A stretch of 64,000 nucleotides of DNA from Leptospiraceae bacterium (GCA_040217195.1 JAVJNR010000004.1:224001-288000), one strand, 5' to 3'; positions 19,280 to 29,742 are shown, counted from the stretch's first letter. The notes: generated from the sequence alone by a model not told the origin. Program-made: numbers and translations.

Positions 19280-20682
19280 AACATTCATCCAACGATAAGC
19301 TCTGGCAGGGACGGAGCTCCGGCGACGTTGCCGATATTACCGTAGAAATTGGTCAATCCATAGATCTGGATATTCAGCTCTATCGCGAAGACATTCAGGG
19401 ATCTCGGGCCCATGCCAGGATGCTTCAAAAAATTGGTATTCTGGATCAATCCGAGTTAGATCAAATACTGGAAGGACTGAGTACCGTTGAAGGGGAGATC
19501 GCAGCCAGACAGATGACTCTTCGCTGGGAGCTGGAAGACATTCATACACACGTTGAAAATCGTTTGATTGAATTGATTGGAGAGCCAGCCCGCAAGCTTC
19601 ATACGGCGCGATCCAGGAATGATCAGATAGCTGTAGATACACATCTCTATGTAAAAAAGAAATCCGCAGAGCTTCGCTTTGGAATTCTGGATTTGTGTCG
19701 CGACCTGCTTTCTCAGGCAGAGAAGAACATAGATATTACCATTCCTGCTTACACACATTTGCAGGTTGCACAGCCTGCTCGCCTGGCCCATCCATTAATG
19801 GCACATTTCTGGAGCTTCCTTCGCGATGCAGAGAGAATGCAATTTGCGCTGGAGCAATCGGATAGACTTCCACTGGGAAGCGGAGCCTGCCTGGGTGTTA
19901 ATTACGATACAGATCGGGAATTTCTGCAAAAGGAACTGAACTTTGGCTCCATGTATGAAAACTCCATGGATGCAGTGGCCAGTCGGGACCATATTTTGAA
20001 CTTTCTCTATGCAACAAGTATTTTTGCTGTACATGCCTCTCGCATTGCAGAGGAGATTATTCTCTGGTGCAGCGTAGAATTCTCCTTTCTCAAGCTTCCG
20101 GATTCAGTGACCACCGGTTCAAGCATCATGCCTCAGAAGAAGAATCCAGATCTTGCAGAACTCATTCGCGGCAAAGCCGGACGACTAAATGGAAATCTAA
20201 TCTCTCTAATGACATCAGTAAAAGGTCTTCCGCTGGCTTATAACAGAGACCTGCAGGAAGATAGGCACCCTCTTCTGGATTCTGCATATCAAACAGAGCT
20301 GATTCTGCGTGCACTTCGCGCAATGGTTCAGGGAATGGAATTCCAGGATCAGAATATGGCCAACTCTCTGGAGAAGGGATATGCTACGGCAACCGACCTG
20401 GCAGATGCACTGGTCTGGGAAAAGAAAGTCCCCTTTCGTGAGGCTCACCATGCTGTAGGAAAACTGGTTGCGCTGTGCGAACAGGACGGTGTTTCCTTAT
20501 CCAGTATTTCTGCCAGTCGTCGATCCCAGGCCCATCCTGCCTTTGCAGACGATACCTTCTATAATACGGCAGTGGATCCCACCACAAGTGCAGACCGAAA
20601 GCGCTCTCGTGGCGGCACAGCAAGGTTTCGAATTGAAGAGCAGTTGAAGCTTGCCCGTCAGCAGCTAGAAATCGCCGGCTAA
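19276..20682 (+). CDS. argH: Argininosuccinate lyase
   Basis: KLWQGR, LHTARSRNDQ, YTHLQVAQP, GSSIMPQKKNPD, YNRDLQED; TTG start. Confidence 0.97.
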   Translation: MKHSSNDKLWQGRSSGDVADITVEIGQSIDLDIQLYREDIQGSRAHARMLQKIGILDQSELDQILEGLSTVEGEIAARQMTLRWELEDIHTHVENRLIELIGEPARKLHTARSRNDQIAVDTHLYVKKKSAELRFGILDLCRDLLSQAEKNIDITIPAYTHLQVAQPARLAHPLMAHFWSFLRDAERMQFALEQSDRLPLGSGACLGVNYDTDREFLQKELNFGSMYENSMDAVASRDHILNFLYATSIFAVHASRIAEEIILWCSVEFSFLKLPDSVTTGSSIMPQKKNPDLAELIRGKAGRLNGNLISLMTSVKGLPLAYNRDLQEDRHPLLDSAYQTELILRALRAMVQGMEFQDQNMANSLEKGYATATDLADALVWEKKVPFREAHHAVGKLVALCEQDGVSLSSISASRRSQAHPAFADDTFYNTAVDPTTSADRKRSRGGTARFRIEEQLKLARQQLEIAG

Positions 20683-20764
20683 TCTCAGACAGCCCGGCCT
20701 TTTTGTCTCAGTATCTATCAATCATTATTCCTTTGATGCGTGCATGGACTTTAAAAGATGACGC

Positions 20765-21718
20765 ATGGCACAGGGAATATCCGCTGCAGCGCTGCTTGAA
20801 GGAGGCGCCACAGGAAACATCTACTTTGAAACCGTCCAATCCGGACTCCTGGCCGGATTTACTTTCCAGGAAATACTGTTCGAAGAAACAACGGAGTTCC
20901 AGCAAGCAACCCTGGTTCAGACCGAGGCTTTCGGAAAGACCCTATTTCTGGATGGAATCCTGAATTCAGCACAAGCCGATGAATACATCTATCATGAGGC
21001 TCTGGTGCACCCGGCCATGATTCGAGCCCGGAAGAGAAATCGAGTGCTGGTTGTGGGGGGCGCCGAGGGCGGAGTTTTACGAGAAGTCTTTAAATACGGG
21101 GACGTGGAAGAATGTGTGATGGTGGACATCGACGGAGACCTGGTGAAGCTTTGCCAGAAACATCTGAGCGATGTCTATGGGAATCCCTGGAAAGATAGCA
21201 GGCTTACTCTGCTGCATGAAGATGGGCGCGGGTATCTGGAGCAGTCCAGTGCCTTTGATGTAATCATTCTGGATTTAAATGAGGCCACTGAGGAAGGACC
21301 GGCCAGACTTCTGTTTACACGAGAATTCTATGCTCTGATTCGAAATAAGCTGAACCCCGGAGGAATGGTTTCCATGCAGAGCGAGTGGATCAATACCGGG
21401 TTTCATTTTGATCTCTGCAAAACCCAGAAATCATCTCTGGGGGATGTTGTTGTTCTGGAAGTTTCCGTGCCCAGTTTTCTATTACCGGAAGCGTTGAATC
21501 TAGCCTGCAAAGAAGGGATTGTTCCACAACCTGATCCCTCTGAGATTCTAGAAAAATTACAAAAACTAAATATCCAGACCAGGTTCTACAACGGAGATAT
21601 GGATCTAAAACTGCGAACTCTATCTCCCTCTCAATTAGAGGGTTACAAAGGTCCGGCCCGTATTTTTTCCGATAATGAGCCACCTCGATTTGAGGATTCG
21701 GAGGTTCAAAGTGGATGA
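20765..21718 (+). CDS. speE: Polyamine aminopropyltransferase (spermidine synthase family)
   Basis: FGKTLFLDG, DEYIYHEALVHP, VLVVGGAEGGVLRE, MVDIDG, DVIILD, LNPGG. Confidence 0.88.
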   Translation: MAQGISAAALLEGGATGNIYFETVQSGLLAGFTFQEILFEETTEFQQATLVQTEAFGKTLFLDGILNSAQADEYIYHEALVHPAMIRARKRNRVLVVGGAEGGVLREVFKYGDVEECVMVDIDGDLVKLCQKHLSDVYGNPWKDSRLTLLHEDGRGYLEQSSAFDVIILDLNEATEEGPARLLFTREFYALIRNKLNPGGMVSMQSEWINTGFHFDLCKTQKSSLGDVVVLEVSVPSFLLPEALNLACKEGIVPQPDPSEILEKLQKLNIQTRFYNGDMDLKLRTLSPSQLEGYKGPARIFSDNEPPRFEDSEVQSG

Positions 21719-22319
21719 AAGTCTAGTCACTTCCTATAAGACAATTGCTGGCGAGCTGGCCATTTCGCTTACCGAAGATCAGCATAAGTACATACTTCGC
21801 CAGCTAGAGAATTTAAGAGACGATACCAGAGAAATCGATATTGAATTTCAGCGACATAAAGAAAGTAACCCGGCTCCGCCCAGGTTCTGGCTGGCCATAC
21901 TGCGAACGTTGAAATACCAGCTAAACCTAAGATCCAACCTGCTATACAGATACGATACCTTTGTTCAGGCCTATGAGAGCCTATCCCGAATGCCCGAACC
22001 ATCCCAGGACCAGCAACAGTTGCTGAAAGAGGTGGGAGACTATCTTTATCAGGTTGATGACCTGGCCGGGATTATTGAAAGATTACATGGCCGGCTTATT
22101 CCTGCATTGCGCGAAGCGATGGTGGAAACCCATGGAATGATGGTAGAGCCCGGAGAAAAACTTTATCATGGCAAAGCTTCGGACGATGCATTTGAAAAAA
22201 TCAGGACAGATCTGGAAGAAATGATCAGTACATGCTATCAGCTCAAGGATCAAAGCAGAATTGAAAGCGGACTATTGAGAATGATTCGATTGATCCTGAG
22301 TAGTGGTGATAAAGACTGA
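21711..22319 (+). CDS. Hypothetical helical protein
   Basis: GTG start at 21711 with SD GGAGG, overlapping the speE stop (ORF track start is 21675). Confidence 0.7.
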   Translation: MDESLVTSYKTIAGELAISLTEDQHKYILRQLENLRDDTREIDIEFQRHKESNPAPPRFWLAILRTLKYQLNLRSNLLYRYDTFVQAYESLSRMPEPSQDQQQLLKEVGDYLYQVDDLAGIIERLHGRLIPALREAMVETHGMMVEPGEKLYHGKASDDAFEKIRTDLEEMISTCYQLKDQSRIESGLLRMIRLILSSGDKD

Positions 22320-22417
22320 TTGATTATACTTTCCAGAAGGCCGATCAATGCTTGAGAGGAATGCTAAAAGGCCCAACCAGAAGATTTCAGAGGCTGGAGA
22401 ATGAATGTAATAAACAG

Positions 22418-22461
22418 GGAGCTGCCCGCGGACCTTTATAGAAAAAGGTCCGGGCAGTTCC
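22418..22461. terminator. Long hairpin between convergent genes, probable terminator
   Basis: GGAGCTGCCC(GC)GGACCTTT...AAAGGTCCGGGCAGTTCC. Confidence 0.65.
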
Positions 22462-22489
22462 TGCGCAGTGTATCTGTGAACGTTATCGA

Positions 22490-23869
22490 CTAGCCATTGT
22501 CTACTTTTTCAGTAGGTCGCTTCTCTTCAAAATCCCGCTTTCTGGGCCTTCGACCAGTGAAAGTTGTAACGATCTTATTGGGCTCCGGAGGTCGAGCCCG
22601 GGGCCCAATCTCCCAGAACATAGCCTTCTGAATGGCTTCATCGTCTTGCTGCGAAATAGCATAGATCTTGAATACAGAAAACGCTTCGAAGAAGAATACC
22701 TTCTTTTTGAATACTTCCGGGCGATCCTTACCCTTCCTGCCTTTTCGATGAAATCTGGGTTGCGCAATAAAGATCTGAATCAGTCTATCCCGGTCCTTGC
22801 CGGAGATCTGTGCTCTTTTACAGAATTCATGTATGCCTGAACGCACATACTCGGCCAGATGTATGTCTTTTTTCCAGGCGCCTGAAAGAAAGACATCGGG
22901 CACCATATCGCATAGAAAAAGTGCCAGATACACGTTGATCGTCAATTCTTCCCTTTCAGACAGCATTCGATCCGCGACAGAAAGACGCTGACCGGCGGGC
23001 AATTCGCGAAAATCGGACTCACCCAGTTTCCCTTTCTTACGCGTGGCTTCCATGGCTTCTGGAAACATGGCATCCAGAAGACCAGTATCGTACAGAGAAG
23101 AAAAAATATCCAGGGCCCTTCCGGTGCGAAAAATCTTGGAATACTCTTCCAGAAGACGATTCTGATTCGCTTTCAGAATCTCCTCTCGATTTTTGCGTAT
23201 CGCTTTGAAGCAGGTGTTATCCATCTTCATTTCCAGAAGAGCAGCAAACTTGGCTGCCCGGAGCATTCGCACCGGATCCTCCTGAAAACTTACATCCGGA
23301 TCGCCGATCACACTTAGAGTCTTGCTCTGAAGATCTTCGAACCCACCTACATAATCTATGATGCTTTCATTTCGAGGATCAAAGAAGAGAGCATTCATTG
23401 TGAAATCGCGCCTGGCAGCATCTTCCGGAGGCGTTCCGAATTCATTGTCTCTTTTGATCAGATAGTCCTTCCCCTTTTCCGGTGACTTGAATCGATGCTC
23501 GGGTACGCTGCGAAAGGTAGAAACTTCAATGACTTTTCCACCGCGAAACATTATATGAACGATTTTGAATCGCCTTCCAATGCTTCTAGAATTGCTAAAC
23601 AGCTTGCGAATTTGAGCCGGCGTGGCCGTAGTAACTACGTCAAAGTCCTTGGGCTTCTTCCCCAGTAGAACGTCCCGTACGCATCCCCCTACTAAATAGG
23701 AGCGATGACCGTATCGGTTCAATCGATTGATGACTTTGAGAGCATCTTGATCCATGTTCTCCCGGCGGAGAGGATGGAATTCCTTATAGATGCGCTTTCC
23801 ATCCGGGTATCGGAGCACCCGGGCCAGCCCGCGGCGAGGCCTAAAGAAGCGCAGAATCTTATGGATCAT
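22490..23869 (-). CDS. pcnB: Poly(A) polymerase
   Basis: LVGGCVRD, KDFDVVT, PAP-type signature IGRRFKIVHI, RRDFTMN, EDPVRMLRA. Confidence 0.92.
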   Translation of the reverse strand: MIHKILRFFRPRRGLARVLRYPDGKRIYKEFHPLRRENMDQDALKVINRLNRYGHRSYLVGGCVRDVLLGKKPKDFDVVTTATPAQIRKLFSNSRSIGRRFKIVHIMFRGGKVIEVSTFRSVPEHRFKSPEKGKDYLIKRDNEFGTPPEDAARRDFTMNALFFDPRNESIIDYVGGFEDLQSKTLSVIGDPDVSFQEDPVRMLRAAKFAALLEMKMDNTCFKAIRKNREEILKANQNRLLEEYSKIFRTGRALDIFSSLYDTGLLDAMFPEAMEATRKKGKLGESDFRELPAGQRLSVADRMLSEREELTINVYLALFLCDMVPDVFLSGAWKKDIHLAEYVRSGIHEFCKRAQISGKDRDRLIQIFIAQPRFHRKGRKGKDRPEVFKKKVFFFEAFSVFKIYAISQQDDEAIQKAMFWEIGPRARPPEPNKIVTTFTGRRPRKRDFEEKRPTEKVDNG

Positions 23870-23966
23870 TTCAAATGAACCATCATGAAAATAGCCGATA
23901 GAATCAAGTAAATTCCATCATGGTTTTTTGCTCGCAGGTAGGGCTGCCAGCTAGAGAAACGTGTGT

Positions 23967-24932
23967 ATGCGGGAAAAATTCCGGAAATTTCTGCAAAATC
24001 ACCTGCATCTGTGGAACCGCCGCCGGGAGAAGGCATGGGCCGGTCTTTCCATACTGGTTTTCCCGGAGATGTCCAGCGCCCCGCCCCGCCGAATCCGAAT
24101 TAACTATTATATCCTATTTTTCGTGGTAGCATTGATTGTGGCAGTGATTCTTTCCGGAGCTTTTCTCTGGCTGGGCCGTCAATTTGAAACCGTTCAATCT
24201 GTTTCCAGCATAGAACGCCGAAAGGTGATGCTATCCAATTTTCATGTGCTGCTGAATGAGAAAAGAGTCCTTTTGAACCGAAGCCGGGAACAAATCGAAG
24301 CCTTCCGAGATCTATCCTGGAAGGATGCTCGGGATCTGGAAAACTACATTGAAAGCCAGATTACCCCTCAAAGCGTACAGGATGTGACTCCTGCCAGCCG
24401 CCTGGAGCAGGATTTAAATACACTTCGGTCATTGAGTCAGGAATCGGAGGTAGTTCTGGGTACGGCTGCCCACCATGGACTGCATATGATCTGGAACCGA
24501 GCCTATCTGAACTGGATTATTCCTCGGGGTCGACCCATGATGCCCGGAGTGGGCTCCATTTCCTCCGGTTATGGCGGCCGAAAGGATCCGTTTGGAAGAT
24601 CCACAGAGGGGGATTTTCATACCGGAGTGGACTTTGCTGCAGCTCCTGGAACTCCCATAATCGCTACAGCACCTGGAATGGTCATGCAAACTGTGGGAGA
24701 AAGTCGCTCTGGTTACGGAATCTATGTACGGGTGCACCATGGATTCGGCATCTCCACTCTATATGCTCACTGCTCTGAGCTTGCTGTGGAAGAAGGACAG
24801 AGAGTGGATCGAGGAGATGTGATTGCCTACGTTGGCGCCACTGGCTCGGCCACGGGTCACCATCTTCATTATGAAGTACGCTTTGGCTCCAATCGGGGCC
24901 GAAATCCGGCTCCGTTTATTAGTTTGAAATAG
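23967..24932 (+). CDS. M23 family metallopeptidase with N-terminal TM and coiled coil
   Basis: HTGVD (HxxxD), TLYAH, HLHYEV. Confidence 0.92.
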   Translation: MREKFRKFLQNHLHLWNRRREKAWAGLSILVFPEMSSAPPRRIRINYYILFFVVALIVAVILSGAFLWLGRQFETVQSVSSIERRKVMLSNFHVLLNEKRVLLNRSREQIEAFRDLSWKDARDLENYIESQITPQSVQDVTPASRLEQDLNTLRSLSQESEVVLGTAAHHGLHMIWNRAYLNWIIPRGRPMMPGVGSISSGYGGRKDPFGRSTEGDFHTGVDFAAAPGTPIIATAPGMVMQTVGESRSGYGIYVRVHHGFGISTLYAHCSELAVEEGQRVDRGDVIAYVGATGSATGHHLHYEVRFGSNRGRNPAPFISLK

Positions 24933-25265
24933 AGTCAGGGATTCTGCATGGCCCCCGGGTATTTGAAATAACTCCTGAGCCTAATCAATGGCCTGAACCT
25001 TCCTCCCTACCACTTGCCCAAAAAGTAGATCTATTGTACATCTCGGTTGCCTGTTCGTGGCGCATTCAAATCTACCTGTCCGCGATGGGTGTCTTAAAGC
25101 TATCGAACCTGCCGGAAAATTGAATCTTCCCGACTTTAAGGACTCGATTTTGTAGCCCTGCCCGCTCAGTAGAAACAGGGCCGCAAGAATAGGAAACTGT
25201 CCGAGTTGCGAAAAGAAAATCTGTGCGAAACTCGGTTCAGTGTTCAGAAGTCATCAGGTCTTCTG

Positions 25266-25405
25266 TTCGCGACGGCATTTACGGGCTACGGCGTCTCTCC
25301 AGGCTCCGTCTCTAATTCTCTACGGCATCTGCGGACCACAGCGTCTCTCCAGGCTCCGTCGCTTTTTCGCGAAGGCATTTGCATGCCACAGTATTCTTCC
25401 AGGCT
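25266..25405. repeat. Degenerate 50-bp tandem repeat (about 2.8 copies) abutting the topA stop
   Basis: GCGTCTCTCCAGGCTCCGTC exact at 25291 and 25341; GTATTCTTCCAGGCT at 25391; TTCGCGACGGCATTT, TTCTCTACGGCATCT and TTCGCGAAGGCATTT at 25266, 25316 and 25366. Confidence 0.8.
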
Positions 25406-27569
25406 AGGCGGTTTGTTCGGAAGCGCTTTCCTCAAAATCACAGCTGCTGCAAGCCACGTATTTTCCTTTTTCGCGACTGGATTTTTCAAGAAGCAGTTTG
25501 CCGCAACTGGGGCAGAGCCTTCCTTCCACCGGTCGATCCCAGGAGCTGAACTCGCAGTCTGGATAGTTGGTACATCCGTAGAAGGCCCGACCTCTCTTGG
25601 TAGCTCTCTGTATTACTTCACCATTTTCGCAGGATGGACAGGGGCCCAGCGGAATGGCCCGGGCATTCTTGCATTCAGGAAAACCGGGACAGGCAAGAAA
25701 GTATCCGTTTCGCCCAATCTTTTTCACCATATTGCGTCCGCATTTTTCGCAGATCAGATCGGTAGGTTCATCCAGGACGTTTCGCATCTCCTCGATATTT
25801 TCCTGAGCATCCTGGATAGTCTTGGAAAAGGGTTGATAGAACTCTTCCAGCATGGATGTCCACTGAAGATCGGAATTCGCAACCTTGTCCAGATCATCTT
25901 CCATCTTTGCTGTAAATTCAGTGTTTACCATTCGAGGAAAATGATTAACCATTAAATCGTTCACCAGTTTTCCAAGATCCGTGGGCTTAAGCGCTTTTTG
26001 AATTCTGGTTACATAGAATCGCTTTAGCAATGTTTGAATGGTAGGTGCATAAGTGGACGGCCGACCCACTCCGCTTTCTTCCAGAGTCTTGACCATTGAT
26101 GCGTCGTTGAACCTGGGAGGTGGCTGGGTGAAATGCTGCTCGGGCAGGACTTTGAGTAGCTTGAGCAAATCCCCTTCTTCCAGCTCAGGCAACTTGTTGT
26201 CTTTGTCCTTTTTCTTCTTCGCTTCTTCGGGAGAAAACACAGCAGAAAATCCTGCAAATTTAACAATCCGGCCATTGGCACGAAAGCCGTACTTCCCGGC
26301 ATCGATATCCACCGAAGTGTGGTCGGCGATTTCATCGGCCATTTGCGAAGAAACAAATTTCTGCCAGATTAGCTGGTACAGACGAAATTGATCCCTGGAT
26401 AGAATGCTTTGAATAGACTCAGGCGTACGGGTAGGATCCGTGGGGCGAATTGCTTCGTGCGCATCCTGAGCGGATTTATTGGATTTGTACTGCCGAATAT
26501 CCTGTGAAAGATACTCATTGCCATGTTTTTCTTTGATGTAACCGCGAACCTGTTCGGCTGCAGTGGGATTGATTCTGGTAGAGTCCGTTCTCATATAGGT
26601 AATGAGGCCGGTAACCACTCCATTGGCCAATTCCAGACCTTCATAGAGCTGCTGTGCAACCATCATCGTCTTCTGAGACGTAAAGCCAAGCTTGTTGGCA
26701 GCATCCTGCTGCAGTCTGGAGGTGGTGTAAGGTGCAGTGGGCTGTCGCTTTCTTTCTCTGCGAGTGATGGATCGAACCTTGAATTCCAGAGTTTGCATCT
26801 GGTCTTCCATTCCGGCAATGTCAGCTTCCGTTTTTAGATCTACCTTTTCGCCATTAATTGTGTTCAAAGCGGCTGGAAAGGTAGTTTTGTTTTTCTGAAG
26901 CTTAACATCTACGGTCCAATATTCCCGGGGCACAAAAGCATCGATTTCCTTTTCTCGATCGCAAATCAATCGTAGCGCAATGGATTGCACACGACCTGCC
27001 GAAAGCCCTCTCTTGATTTTCTTCCAGAGTATGGGAGATAGGCTGTAACCTACAAGCCGGTCCAGAATCCTCCGCGCCTGCTGAGCATTGACCAGGTTTT
27101 CATCGATTTCCCGTGGACTTGCGATGGCATCCTTCACTGCCTGGGGAGTAATCTCATTAAACTCCACTCGGCGGATGTTAGCGTTTCGGGGACTGAGGGC
27201 CCTCTTTAAATGCCAGGAGATGGCCTCGCCTTCTCGGTCCGGGTCAGGAGCAAGCAGCACTTCTTTGGACACTTCTGCCAGCTTCTTCAACCGGTTCAGT
27301 ATAGGCGCTCTACCTCTTACCGTAATATATTCCGGTTCAAAATGGTTTTGAATATCCACTGCCATCCGGGATTTGGGCAAATCGATGATGTGTCCCATGG
27401 ATGCTTCTATAACGAAGTCATTTCCCAGATATTTGTGAATGGTTCGAGCCTTGGCCGGAGACTCCACGATTACAAGGGTCTTACCTCTGGCAGATCTTGC
27501 AGTTCGCTTCTTGGCCGCGCCGGCCGTTTTCTTGGATGATTTCTTGGATGCTTTTTTCGCTGTTGCCAT
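25404..27569 (-). CDS. topA: DNA topoisomerase I
   Basis: LVIVESPAKA, DPDREGE, SAGRVQS, ITYMRTD, QDAHEAIRPT, three C-terminal zinc ribbons. Confidence 0.98.
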   Translation of the reverse strand: MATAKKASKKSSKKTAGAAKKRTARSARGKTLVIVESPAKARTIHKYLGNDFVIEASMGHIIDLPKSRMAVDIQNHFEPEYITVRGRAPILNRLKKLAEVSKEVLLAPDPDREGEAISWHLKRALSPRNANIRRVEFNEITPQAVKDAIASPREIDENLVNAQQARRILDRLVGYSLSPILWKKIKRGLSAGRVQSIALRLICDREKEIDAFVPREYWTVDVKLQKNKTTFPAALNTINGEKVDLKTEADIAGMEDQMQTLEFKVRSITRRERKRQPTAPYTTSRLQQDAANKLGFTSQKTMMVAQQLYEGLELANGVVTGLITYMRTDSTRINPTAAEQVRGYIKEKHGNEYLSQDIRQYKSNKSAQDAHEAIRPTDPTRTPESIQSILSRDQFRLYQLIWQKFVSSQMADEIADHTSVDIDAGKYGFRANGRIVKFAGFSAVFSPEEAKKKKDKDNKLPELEEGDLLKLLKVLPEQHFTQPPPRFNDASMVKTLEESGVGRPSTYAPTIQTLLKRFYVTRIQKALKPTDLGKLVNDLMVNHFPRMVNTEFTAKMEDDLDKVANSDLQWTSMLEEFYQPFSKTIQDAQENIEEMRNVLDEPTDLICEKCGRNMVKKIGRNGYFLACPGFPECKNARAIPLGPCPSCENGEVIQRATKRGRAFYGCTNYPDCEFSSWDRPVEGRLCPSCGKLLLEKSSREKGKYVACSSCDFEESASEQTA

Positions 27570-27702
27570 ATATTTTAGTTTCTTCTATATAATACGAAAT
27601 TCGACACCTGCCTCCAGGAAAAAAGCAAAATTTGATTCCGATCAGGAAGGCTTTTTGCTGGCTCATCAGCCTGGCCCTCCAGAAAGTCCATTGGTTGCAA
27701 AA

Positions 27703-28809
27703 CTAATCCTCGTAAAAGAGCCATCCCTGCCCCAGGGAACGAAGCTTACCCTCACTGTAAGACTTTCGTAGCCAGATCTCATATTCAGTATTTACCGGAC
27801 CGCTTGGCCGCGTATGGAGATTTCTTTCTGGCAAGATTTCCATCAGAGAATTCATATCCATGGCTCCCTGTTGCAGCAAATCTCGGCCTCCTTCGTTGGC
27901 TCCAGGCTTTTGAAGCAATGGATGATCAAAAACAAGTAGATCACGCCCCTCTTCAAGGGCAAAAGCTGCGCTAATCAGGGCTCCACTTTTCTTCGGAGCC
28001 TGCATTAATGCGATGGTACCGGCCAGTCCAGCTATGATTCGATTTCTTCTAGGAAAATGATAACTCCTGGCCGGAGTATTCGGCAAGAACTCGCTCAACA
28101 GATAGATTTGTCCAGCACCAGGTCTTTTCCAGATAGGGGAATTTTCCGCGGGCCCTGGTCGAAGGACGCCTGCTCCCAGTACAGCCATGGTTAGCCCACC
28201 CATAGCAAGCGCCGACCGATGCGCTACAGCATCAATCCCCAGGGCCAGTCCAGAAACAATGTTCGAGCTCTGGCCGGCCCATTTCACGAATCGTTCTGTG
28301 GCAATCACGGATACCGGTTCAGGATTTCTAGTTCCTATCACGGCAATTGCATTTCTTTGCCAGGGAATCGCAGCAGAACTAACCAGGTTCATTGCTTGAG
28401 AATTTGCATTCCTGGAATTGGCTTCAACGGGGTACTTATCTTGCGAAGGGCCATTCGATCTGTCTGGATGGGAATTAACCGAATGGATTTTTTCAGGATA
28501 ACGAACCCAGATTACACCCGGCGGATCAAAGATATGCAACAATGTGGAAGGATAGCTTGCTTCCGTTACGAAATGAACAGAAATATAGGCAGACCACGTT
28601 TTAAAGTCTGGATCCTGCAGCAATTCACGAAAAGCTTCCAGGCCATTTCGGATTCTGTGAATGCCAAATATTCGCTCCAGATGCTGTGACCATCGCTCCA
28701 GGTTGGATCCCAGACTCCTAAAGCCCCCTCTTTGAAAAAAGCTTCTTCGATAGGGCAATGAAGATACAATGCAGGCCAGTTCCAGACGAAACTGTCTGTC
28801 AGGTGACAT
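27703..28809 (-). CDS. dprA: DNA-processing protein A
   Basis: IAVIGTR, IVSGLALGID, FPRRNRIIAGL, SGALISA; conserved position upstream of topA. Confidence 0.92.
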   Translation of the reverse strand: MSPDRQFRLELACIVSSLPYRRSFFQRGGFRSLGSNLERWSQHLERIFGIHRIRNGLEAFRELLQDPDFKTWSAYISVHFVTEASYPSTLLHIFDPPGVIWVRYPEKIHSVNSHPDRSNGPSQDKYPVEANSRNANSQAMNLVSSAAIPWQRNAIAVIGTRNPEPVSVIATERFVKWAGQSSNIVSGLALGIDAVAHRSALAMGGLTMAVLGAGVLRPGPAENSPIWKRPGAGQIYLLSEFLPNTPARSYHFPRRNRIIAGLAGTIALMQAPKKSGALISAAFALEEGRDLLVFDHPLLQKPGANEGGRDLLQQGAMDMNSLMEILPERNLHTRPSGPVNTEYEIWLRKSYSEGKLRSLGQGWLFYED

Positions 28810-29742
28810 TCAGGGCTGTATGGTTTCTTCGGTTATTATTTCACAACCGGGTTTTCCTTGCAGGCAGGTCTCCAGCTTTTCCAGATTCTCTCTGGCCGAA
28901 CGATACTGCACATTGCGCTTTCTATCTCCGCGCAACACGCCTCGCTCGTATAGATCATCCATGGTTTCAATAATCCGACGATACTCATCCGCACCAGAAC
29001 GGAGATTTCCATTCTCTACCAGAACATTGGCTTTGGCGAATCGAACCGGTATATTCTTTTCTTCTTTTCGAAGAATTTCATCCAGAATCTCCAGAGCTTT
29101 CTGTGGATTCCGTCCATAGCCTTCAGATTTCCCGTACAGAAGAGCCAGCTGATATCTTGGCCGATGGTCCCCGGGCTCCAGGCGCGCCACCGCTTCGAAT
29201 AGAAATTCGGCGGATTCAAAGCGAGTTCGTTCCCAGCCAAGAGCCCGACTTGCATTTGCATAGCATAGCCCGGCCTCAAAAAGCAATTCAGGATTGGCCT
29301 TATTGTAGGTCAGTGCTTTTCGATAATAGGGTAATGCTTCTTCAAAATAATTATTACTCTGAGCTGCAAGTACAGGTCCGGAATCCTCATCCACGGACTG
29401 GCGAAAATAGGGATCCGCCGCTTCGTATCTACCTTGCTGCATGATCGCTTTTCCAATCTTCCAGGCAAGATCTCCCTGCAAAGACTGCTCCTGAAGTAAT
29501 CCCTTCAGGTTTTTTTCAAATTCTACAGCTCTCTCTTCGCTCAGTTTCAGATCCCGCTTCAGTCGATTCAAATCCTCCTCGGACAGATCCAGGATTCGCT
29601 CCCCTCTCTCTCGCATGCCCCAGTTGCGTATTGAATCAGTAGCCCCTTCGCAACCGGCCAGAAGAAGAATGCACACCAGGGCCAGCAAGGTTGAGGATTG
29701 CCAGAAAGCTCTCATATTGGTAAATGGTTCTATGCACTGCAT
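28810..29742 (-). CDS. TPR-repeat lipoprotein
   Basis: Lipobox LLAGC, coiled coil and TPR-like helices (ALPYYRKAL, AGLCYANA). Confidence 0.8.
   Translation of the reverse strand: MQCIEPFTNMRAFWQSSTLLALVCILLLAGCEGATDSIRNWGMRERGERILDLSEEDLNRLKRDLKLSEERAVEFEKNLKGLLQEQSLQGDLAWKIGKAIMQQGRYEAADPYFRQSVDEDSGPVLAAQSNNYFEEALPYYRKALTYNKANPELLFEAGLCYANASRALGWERTRFESAEFLFEAVARLEPGDHRPRYQLALLYGKSEGYGRNPQKALEILDEILRKEEKNIPVRFAKANVLVENGNLRSGADEYRRIIETMDDLYERGVLRGDRKRNVQYRSARENLEKLETCLQGKPGCEIITEETIQP

Noticed and set aside
24960..25185. 6S RNA-like element (CCTGAACC/CTCCTGAGC motifs)
   Set aside because: Only a short terminal pairing. Internal stems are not arranged as a symmetric rod and the genomic context is unsupportive. 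An Infernal search would settle it.
25266..25405. CRISPR array (20-bp exact repeat with 30-bp gap)
   Set aside because: The would-be spacers are homologous to each other, there are only 2-3 units, and no cas genes are present.
25206..25955. 249-aa plus-strand ORF
   Set aside because: Mostly antisense to topA with no recognisable motifs; shadow ORF.
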